This document shows, one piece after another, positions 54,574-64,000 of a stretch of 64,000 nt of DNA. Source of the DNA: the human T2T-CHM13v2.0 reference genome, Homo sapiens; NCBI RefSeq assembly GCF_009914755.1, contig NC_060936.1, one strand, 5' to 3'. The position numbers were made by a program, and so were the translations under genes. Position 1 is the first letter of the stretch; each line of letters starts with the position of its first letter. The notes under the pieces are model-generated. The model was not told the DNA's origin and ran no database searches. It saw nothing but the letters and a program-made list of their open reading frames with translations.

Positions 54574-55271
54574 GTAGGGAAGTAGGGTAACACTAAACTT
54601 ACTCATTAAATATTATTTAAGTGTTCTAAAGCACAACTTGAAAACATCCAGTATGAGTGTTGAATTTCAGTACAATGAATTCAAGACTAGATGTACATGT
54701 TACATGCATCAAGGCTAGATTACAAATTACCATAGTTGTAGTTGTCATTATTATCATTATCATCTTCTTAATGCTTCCTTTTAAATGGACTTGATGATCC
54801 ATTGGCAATATTTTGTGGTGACTCCATATTAGTGGTAATAAGAATGCTTTTGGACCTAAATAATGATTGATTAATTGGAACACTCTTTACTGATGATGTT
54901 GCAGAAATTGATGCTTTTATAGCTGGAGTCTGTGAAGCAGAAAGCTGTACTGTAAACCTTTCTCCCTGTGAGGGACATTGGAGTCCATACTTTAGTTAAA
55001 ACAGACATGATTTGTGGGGTGGTTGCACCTAATGTAGGATTACTTGGTCTGCTAGTAACTGAACCAATGCTTAACCATGGAATTGTTACTCTTCCTGCAG
55101 AAGTAGAAATCTTTTTCTGTAAAGACTTAAGCCTATAGTTTGAAGCGATTAAGCAATGTCTGTTAGGATATTGAATTAGGACCTAAATATGGCTTGATTA
55201 ATGGCAAAGGAGTTTAATTTCTTTGACTTGCAATATCTAACAGAAAAGCTCTTAGGGGAGAAGAGGTATTA

Positions 55272-55679
<408 letters not shown>

Positions 55680-55680
55680 T

Positions 55681-56935
55681 TATTTTTAATTAATTTAAAA
55701 TTATTTTTAATTGACAAATAAAAATTGTGTTAATATTGATATAACCTCAATGGAAGGCAATTTAGTAAAAGTTGTCAAATCAAACATGTTTTGATTGGCA
55801 ATTCAGGTTCCAATAATTTAACGAATAAGAAACTCCTATGTACTTGTCCTGTACAATGTGATGTTTTGAAATATGTACGCATTCTGGAATCACTGAATTG
55901 AGCTAATTAACATAGGCATTACCTCAGTAATATTGTTTTATGGTGAGAGCACAAAATCTACTCAATTATTTTAAAAACCACACTGCATTATTGTTAATTA
56001 TAGTCACCATGTTATACAATATATGTTCAAAACTTATTCTTCTTATATAACTGAAATTCATACCCTCTGACCACCAGCATTTCCTGTACCACACCCAACC
56101 TTTCCCAGCACCGGGTAATCACCATCCTACTCTCTGCTTCTGTAAATTCAACTATCATAAATGCCACGTATAAGCAAGATCATGCAAAATTTATCTTTTG
56201 GTGCTAACATAATGTCTTCAAGGTACATACATCCATGTTGTCCTAAACAGGATTACGTTCTTTTTAAAGGATGAATAATATTCCTCTGGATACATATACA
56301 ACACTTTCTTTATCCTTTCATCCTTTAATGAATACTTAGGTGGAATCTATATATTGACTACTGTGAATAGTGCTGCAATAAACTTAGGAGTGCAGATATA
56401 TTCAATATCCTGATTTTATTTCCTTTAAACTTATATACCCAGTGGTGAGAATACGGGATTATATTGTAGTTCTATTTTTAATTTTTTAAGGAAACTCCAC
56501 ATTGTTTACTCAATGGCTACTATAAGTTACATTTCCACCAACATTGAGTAAAGGTTCTGTTTTCTTCATATCCTATTGAACACTTGTTATATTTCACCTT
56601 TTTGATAATATTCGTTCTAATGATATGAGATGAAATCTCATTGTGGTTTTAATTTGCATCTCTCTGATGATTAATAACATTGAGCATTTTTTTCATATAC
56701 TTATTGGCCATTTGTATGTCTTCTTTTGAGATATGTCTATTCAGGTCCTTTGCCCATTTTAAATTCAGGTTATTTGTTTTATTATTATTTAGTTGTTTGA
56801 GTTATTTATATATTTTGGATATTAACCTCTTATCAGATGTGAGGTTTGAAAAATATGTTTTCTTATTCGGTAAATTGTCTCTTCACTGTATTGGTTGTTC
56901 TCTTTGCTACACAGAAATGTTTTAGTTTGAGGTAA
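55681..56935 (-). mobile_element. L1MA 3' fragment
   Basis: TTTTAATTGACAAATAAAAATTG...GAGCTAATTAACATAGGCATTACCTC...TTGGCCATTTGTATGTCTTCTTTTGAG. Confidence 0.88.
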
Positions 56936-57889
56936 CCCCTGCCTACTTCACCCTCATGCAGTTATCTCACCACAACCTCATGCAGTTTAGAGAGAGCTAA
57001 AAGTATTAGAGTGCAAGTAAATATATATGTATAGCAAGCCAAATACTTTTATTTAGTCCAAGATTATTAAAAGTTCTCCGGGCACTTTTAGTAAAAATAA
57101 AAATCTAGTTTCAACAATTAAATGCCCAGTCTAGTGTCATAATTACATAAATTCATATTCTAACTCTAAACTTCTTTCTCATTCACAACAGGACTTCATT
57201 CTCTCCCTGATTTCCTATCTTTATTGTTAGCTGCTTAGGGAATGGGCCATACATTCATCCTCCTATTCTTCAGAACTAGATACACAGCAAATAGAGATTT
57301 TCAGGATTGTGAGGATGAAAAGTGATGTATCCACTCTATATCAGAAATTCCATTTGCTTTCTTTCCCTTATCCTTGCAAACCACCACTGCTAATCACCAC
57401 TATTGACCACAACAACCACCACTAACAACAGCAAAAGTACTTAACTATTTACAAATCCAAAAATTACTTGGTCAATACTTTTATCAAAGCTTGCTATTTC
57501 ACAAGTAATTAATTGGCCAAAAGAATTTTCTTTTATAAGATACCAACTGTCAAAGAAGGAGAGAAGCTAACTTATTTGGAAGAGTTTGATAAACTCATAG
57601 ACGTTCAGTGTTTGGTTGCTAGATTTGTAGATTTAAAAATTTTAATGTACTAGTAGTTCACCTATGGTGATTCTGTCTTCCTTGATCTACCTATGCCTAC
57701 TATCTTTGCTTCCTCGTTCAAAACAATGATGTGAATACATGAATATTAATGTTTAGTCATCAGTGGGAGATGTATTTGACTCAAGTATTGACTTTTGCAC
57801 AGAGCTCTTAGTAAGGGAATCAGTACAGAACAATAAGGTAAAGATAATAAATAGACTTATAGAACATTGAAACAAGAAATGTGGAATTG

Positions 57890-58150
57890 GTAAACATTTG
57901 TCAAGTTCTTATTATATGCCAGGTGCTGTTCTAGGTACCAGAGGTACAATGGTTAACAAAGCGAGCTACATTTCTGCTCTCATAGAACATAAATTTGAGT
58001 TAGTTGGGGGAGATTGGCAGAGGAGGCAAAGAAATAAAGAAGACAATTTCAGAGTAATTCATGCTATGAAGGAAATGGTGTAAGGAGGATTGCCTGGGAA
58101 GTTTGTGTATCAGGGGATACCTTACTGAATAACTGAGATCTGAAGGAAAC
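57890..58150 (-). mobile_element. L2 3' fragment
   Basis: TATATGCCAGGTGCTGTTCTAGGTACCAGAGGTACAATGGTTAACAAAG...TGCTATGAAGGAAA...CTGAGATCTGAAGGA. Confidence 0.7.
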
Positions 58151-58518
58151 AGCTACTCAATTTCCTCTGTGGACAAGAAGCCTGAGTGGATAAGGGTTGG
58201 CTTATTTTATTTATTAAAAAATAAAAATAAAAACAGAACTAGGATTTAGGTTCAGAATTTCTTACTATTCTTCTGATTGATTTTCAGGATAATCATGAAA
58301 TATGAAATGAGAAAGAATTTATCTCAGGCCTTTAGTTCAGCAAGCTCTCTGACACTTTGCTGTATTGTATATTCCCGAGAGACATGCTCTTAGGGCTATT
58401 ATAGTCTGATAGATTCTTTCTCTATCTAGAGTATTTCTTTTAAAAGAATAAGCTCATTATTTTCCTTGGTTATAGCTGGTTAAAGATTTACAAATCCTTG
58501 CTCTCAATTTTGATATAT

Positions 58519-58575
58519 TTAGGTTGGCTCAAAATTAATGTGGTTTTGGCCATTACTTTTAATATTTTGTCACCA
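58519..58575. mobile_element. MADE1 (Hsmar1 MITE), internally deleted
   Basis: TTAGGTTGGCTCAAAATTAATGTGGTTTTGGCCATTACTTTTAAT followed by the remnant TTTTGTCACCA. Confidence 0.75.
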
Positions 58576-58734
58576 CAAGAGCCAGGCAAGTCACTACATA
58601 ATTATGGCAGTTTTCCTTTCCATTAATCATAGTTAAATAATCTTTTCCTAATATTATATATTAGTTTCCTTGATTGAGAATGTAATCGAGAATTTTCACT
58701 AACTCCCTGAGTGTCTTTTTATTACAGATGACTA

Positions 58735-58850
58735 AACTCATTCATTTAGTCACAAACATATATAAAGGGACCACTATGTGTCAGATAGAAGATAGGAGCT
58801 GAGCATAGATAAATAAACAAGCTGGAAATTTTCCTGATCTCATAGAGCTT
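58735..58850 (-). mobile_element. L2 3' end
   Basis: ACTCATTCATTTAG..ACAAACATAT...CACTATGTGTCAG...TCTCATAGAGCTT. Confidence 0.65.
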
Positions 58851-60389
58851 GCGCTTTTGTTTGTATACATTTATTTTGTTAATATTTCAAAAAAAAGCAT
58901 TTGATTTTATTTCCAGGTCTATAAGCATGTCTCTGTGATTTACACCACAGTAGTGACACTTCCTTCCACATAAAAGTATAGGCTTAGAGATTATAACTCT
59001 GCAAATCACTTACTCGAATTTCTCATTATAGATATCTGCAACTGGATCCTGTTGTGTAAGTTATTTTAACAGGTAAGCTTTTTCCTCCCAGAATGATGAA
59101 ACCAGATGGCAATGATAATGAAAATAAATGTTTATCACAGTAGTCACAAAATGTGATTGATTTTTCTCTTATTTCAAAAAACTAAACCACTGACTTTATG
59201 TACGTTTTTTTGAGAAATGCAGTGGAGATTACGACAGTGTGTTTAAACACTCACCACGGTAACACAAATCAACCATATTCCTTCCTCTCACACATCATTA
59301 TGGATTAGAAAGATGCTCAGGCTGCAGTGTCTCCACTGCTTATAACAAGAGCTTAATATTTACAGAAGCATACTGTAAAGTTGGTAAGAATGAGAAAATT
59401 TAAGGAACCCCACAAAGAGTGCATATCTTTAGTCTAAGAACGTTACAGATATTTTGTGTGAACACAGTGGTAAAGTTAAAATAACCTGTAATGATTCTCA
59501 TGCTTAGAGAGGTCTCAGTGAAGTGTAACAACCTTCTTGGCTGATAACTTTCTTCAGATGTAAACTTCAAATGCAACTACCCTTAGAATAAGCTGCCTTC
59601 ACAAGTAGAGCTTCTTAACATCTGGTTTGTGGCTGAAAGCAAAGAAGACGAATGAGCGAGGCGCAAAGGCACCGGGCCTCTGAACACAAGAGAAGGGACA
59701 GAGCCTGGGATGTGAAGATAAGCTTCCGTTTCTCACAAGCTTTTCTGTTCAGCCATATGCTGTCTGCTGGAGACCAATTAGGCATAAATTCATGGCTAAT
59801 GAAGACAGTAATCTACACTCTTTACCCTTCACTGGTGAGAGGAAGGAACAATGACTGTGGTCTGGAATAATGTGACCTAACAGACTGCTAGCAGAAATGA
59901 GAGTTTTAGCAACTTATCATGTATGTAGGTTAAATATGATGTCCCTTTGCCTTTCTTCTTGCTGGCCTATTTTGATGATGGAGTCCATACTTTACCATTA
60001 GTAGATTGTGTCAATTGGTTTCTGTAAGCTTATAAGAAAGCTTGCTAACTAGCTTGTTTACTATTTAGAATCTCACTATTAGAGAAATTATATTTGAAAG
60101 GCATTTTAGCTGAAAGCAAGGAAAAAGAAGACAGTCTTGAAAAAGATGCCATTTAAATAAAAATGTGTTTAATTTGTCATGAATAGAAGATTAATATAAG
60201 TGTTTTCTATTCCTAAATTCCAGCCATAAATAGAACTCCTCAATTTGTTTCTTTTATCTTTTCTACCCAATCAGAAATGAACAAATGACACAACAGGCCT
60301 TTTTTTTTTTTTAATCTATTTGCCACTTGATTTACCAATATGGCAATTAGTTGAAAAAATCTTTCTATTTTTTAATTGTCTTATCTCTT

Positions 60390-60432
60390 TAGATGTGCTA
60401 AATATGTAGATATGCTAAATATGTAGATATGC
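60390..60432. repeat. 17-bp tandem repeat x2.4
   Basis: AGAT(G/A)TGCTAAATATGT repeated. Confidence 0.85.
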
Positions 60433-61279
60433 AGAAATGCTAATGTTAAAAATTAAATTCTAAGAACCTATTCAATCAGATTTTCTATATGCTAATAAAG
60501 TCTAATTAAATATTATGACAATGAAATGCTCTAATTATTTGTGATTTCTCAGTAGGTACAAATTTACTCAAATTTTCCTGCAGAAAGAAGTATATAATTC
60601 TATATTGTTAGCTGTTATTTACTCATTTCATTTATTCAGTATTGTTAGGTGCTAATTAGATCAAATACTATAAATGTTCCTTTCCTAACTTTAATGAAAG
60701 GATAAAAAAAGTACTAACTAAACATTACTAAATGCTTAGCATTCTTGTTAACTATTGTTTGAGAAAGATGTACAGATAATGGTCTCTTACTCCAATAATT
60801 TAAAACAAAATTGAAAATCCATGACTAACCATATGCAATACAACATGGGATATGGATAAAATGTATCTACCAGCTTTGTGTGGATAAATGGATTCTCTAT
60901 TCTGAATCAATACTTTCAAGATGCAGCAAAGGAAAGCAACAAAGTCATGAAGATGGTGGGAAAAAATCAGCATCCAAAATAGCCTCATTTTAATCTCCAA
61001 GTCGTGGATGATATACATCAACTGAGCTATAAATGTCTAGAATGTGTCAAGGTATCTGAGGTTCTTATCTATTTTATGAACCTCAAGAAACTGCCAAGAA
61101 AGTTGGCTTTTCAAAGCAGAATGGTATGGATTGTAATCATTGGAAAAATTGGTATAGTTGAGAAAGATCTTTTTTGGTATAATCAAAGTTGTGCAGGTTA
61201 TTACAGCTTTGAATTCATTATAACATAAAAGTGCTAGAAAAAACACCAATCTTGAAAAATAGTATCATAAATTTAACTC

Positions 61280-62370
61280 AAGCGTTCCTCCTGAGCTTCA
61301 AAACCACAAATATATAACGACCTAGTGGACATCTCCAAATGACATTCTCTGGTAATCTCAAGCTCAATACGTCCAAAACAGAACTCATTATTTTTCTCTA
61401 AAATATGTTTGTCCTCTTCTGTGCTAAAATCCCAGTGAATGGTGTCATCATGCACCAAGTCACTAAAGCAAGAAACTTGGGAGTAATTTTAAACTCTTTA
61501 CCTGCCCACATTCAATCAATCATCAAGTTCTGTTTATGTAACTTCATAAATGTCTCTTGATTCTCTAAATTGCACTCCTCTAACTCTGTCCACCATTAAA
61601 TTTAATCTTGAGCATGGCTACAACCTCCTCATTTTGCTCTCTGTCTTCCATTCAGCACTTCTCCAATTCAGCCTTCACACAGCAGCCAAATACATTTTCC
61701 TAAAACCCACAAGGGAACCTGACATTTCTCTGTTTAAACCTTTGTGGCGTTTCCCATTGCCTTTGGGGTGGGGGTAACCAACCCTATATAATCTGTTTAT
61801 CAGATTCTATAAATGAACCCTTTCCTTCATTTCTTGTATCTGCTATCACTACTCCAAAACAATGTACTCTGGGTTTCATCCATAGGGACTACTATCATTT
61901 TTTTTCTAAAGCTCTGTGCACTACTGTGAATGATGATTATATATTAAGTCATTAAGTCAAGTTAGTGGGTCATTCTTAATAACTTTAAAATGAAAAAAAT
62001 TAGAATTTTAATAATAAAATGGCATAAACCAGAAATATATTTTGCCACATGTATATACATACAAAATGTTGTATATATTAAGCTATGTAAAAGTTTTAAA
62101 AACATTCTACTAATTAATACATACTTAATCACTTTGAGCCATATATATATCTTTGGCTTTAAATGGCCACCACTACGACCACCAACAAACACCTTCTTGC
62201 AACATATCTTCTTTTCTGCACATCTTTGCCTGGATAAATCCTACTCACCATTTAAGTCTGAGCTTTTCTCTTACCTCCTATAGGACCTGAAACTTGAAGG
62301 TTCTTGGTACTCTTGTAGCACAATGTACTGCCAACTCAATAGTATTGTTGTATACTACATATATTTTTGT
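61280..62370 (+). mobile_element. L2 (L2a-like) fragments
   Basis: CTCCTGAGCTTCA...GGACATCTCC...CTCAAGCTCAATACGTCCAAAACAGAACTC...CACACAGCAGCCA; terminal GCACCTGGCACAT...AATAAATAT at ~62760-62800. Confidence 0.75.
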
Positions 62371-62389
62371 AGTAAAATGATGATATTAT

Positions 62390-62659
62390 TGTTTTTTATT
62401 TTTAAATTTTTTTATTTCAATCGTTTCTGAGGTACAGGTGGTTTTTGATTACATAGAGAAGTTGTTTAGTGGTGATTTCTGAGATTTTAGTGCACCCATT
62501 ACCCGAGCAGTGTACACTGTACCTAATATGCAGTCTTTTATCTCTCATTCCCCTCTCAACATTACCCACCCACAAGTCCTCAAAGTCTATTATATAATTC
62601 TTATGCCTTTCCATCCTCACAGTTTACTCCCACTTATAAGTGAGAACATACGATATTTT
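62390..62659 (-). mobile_element. L1PB 3' end fragment
   Basis: GGTACAGGTGGTTTTTGATTACATAG...AGTGGTGATTTCTGAGATTTTAGTGCACCC...CCCACTTATAAGTGAGAACATACG. Confidence 0.88.
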
Positions 62660-64000
62660 TCTATAGTACATTTTAATTTCCTATTTATATTAGATAATAA
62701 TTTATAGGATGTGAGCAAATATATCTTCTTATATTTTAACATATTCATCCTATCTTTTATAGCACCTGGCACATTATTGTAAGTACTTAATAAATATATG
62801 CTGAACGAAAAAATAAATTTTCTGAAAATTCTGGCTCATCCATCCTCTCTTTTTTGTTCCTGAGTCATAATATTCCTTTTTTTCATAATGTATTCTGTAT
62901 CTTCGTCCTTTGACTATCTAGAGCGTAATGGTATTTTCCTATATTTTCAAATAAAAAGTTTCTAATTGAATAATTAAAGTATTTAAATTGTTCATTAAAA
63001 TATGAAATAAAATAATTTTGTATTTAAATTACAGCTTTTCTCAATTTTCTGAGCATTACTGGCATGCATATTAATCTTCGGGTTCATAGTGTAAAATTTT
63101 ATGAATCATTAAAGATGTGCACATGTGTGTAAAGAGATAAAGGAAAATAAAATAATATTACTCAATATGTTAGTACTGATCATTTCATGTTGTTTTCTGA
63201 ATGACAAAGGTAGATAAATCAAAATACAAAAACATGAATATTTCTGATGTAATATAGTTCAAGGTGACCCTAATTTCATGAGTTACAGAATATATTTGGA
63301 TGGTGCTTCTATATTGCTCACTGTATACATTTTCCTAATTCTTGATTGCAAAAGCAGATGGATAATGTTAAGACTTTATTTTATGGGAAATTAGACATTA
63401 TAAACATAGCTCTAAAATATGTTTTATTTATTTAGAAATGTTCTCATTTAACATGTGACCAGAAGGCAAAATTATTTTGCTGATATTTCAAACTACTTAC
63501 TACTCTAAACATATAAAGTGATGTAAGTGGCAACGCCAGATGTGACTAATTATCACAAAAGCACTTCCTTAATCTAGGATCTGGAAAAGTCTATAGCTAA
63601 ACAGTTCTTATATTTGATATCTGAACCTCGATTTACACTGGAAGCTGTTACGAAGCAAAAAATAACACAACTCTAAAAATAATTGGCTCCAAAATCTGAA
63701 GGTAGAAAGATCCCGGTTATGGAAATAAAGATTAAGATCAATGTATTTGTAATTTAATATTGGTTGAAATTTAAATTGGAACTGGGATGCTGAAATATTA
63801 ATAATAGCTAATTAAAATTTCAGAGAAAATGATATATCTGTTTACAGAATTATTTGAACAGACATTGTGTAGAGATTACAATCCATCAAAAAAATAAAGA
63901 AGAGGTCTAAATGCTACCATAAAATTTAAATTAAATCAATAGTCATTCTGGGCTCAGTCATCATTGAGACTTTTTCTTATAAAATAAATCTAAAAATAGT

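Noticed and set aside
61963-62175. Possible MITE with TAGTGG...CCACTA termini inside L2
   Set aside because: The inverted ends are short and imperfect, there is no TSD, and I cannot assign a family.

Overview
AT-rich, CpG-depleted primate (human-like) genomic DNA with no intact protein-coding gene, no RNA gene and no CRISPR-like array. It reads as intergenic or deep-intronic. It is dominated by transposable elements: a full-length but inactivated L1PA7/8-type LINE-1 (~2752-9209, with a target-site duplication, TSD) nested in an older L1M 3' end; about 10 Alus plus FAM and FLAM monomers; solo LTRs (MER61, MER11, MER67, THE1, MSTA, MER21, MLT1); DNA-transposon relics (MER33, MER30, MER5, Tigger13, MADE1); L2/MIR fragments and microsatellites. 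The only gene-derived sequence is an old processed pseudogene of TAF9 on the minus strand (~54140-55680). It keeps the 5' exon that TAF9 shares with AK6, and here the AK6 P-loop frame runs without a stop into the TAF9 histone-fold ORF. The most notable structural oddities are a ~200-bp twin-primed L1 insertion that is almost entirely inverted, a perfect 21-bp-arm palindrome, a non-tandem 58-bp duplication, an apparently older L1ME-like patch inside a younger L1MA, and a TSD-less, nearly tail-less L1PA fragment. I see no convincing evidence of a new multi-gene system. Repeat subfamily names and parent-gene comparisons come from my recall of consensus and reference sequences, not from a database search. 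Nearly all ORFs in the supplied track are repeat-derived or spurious.
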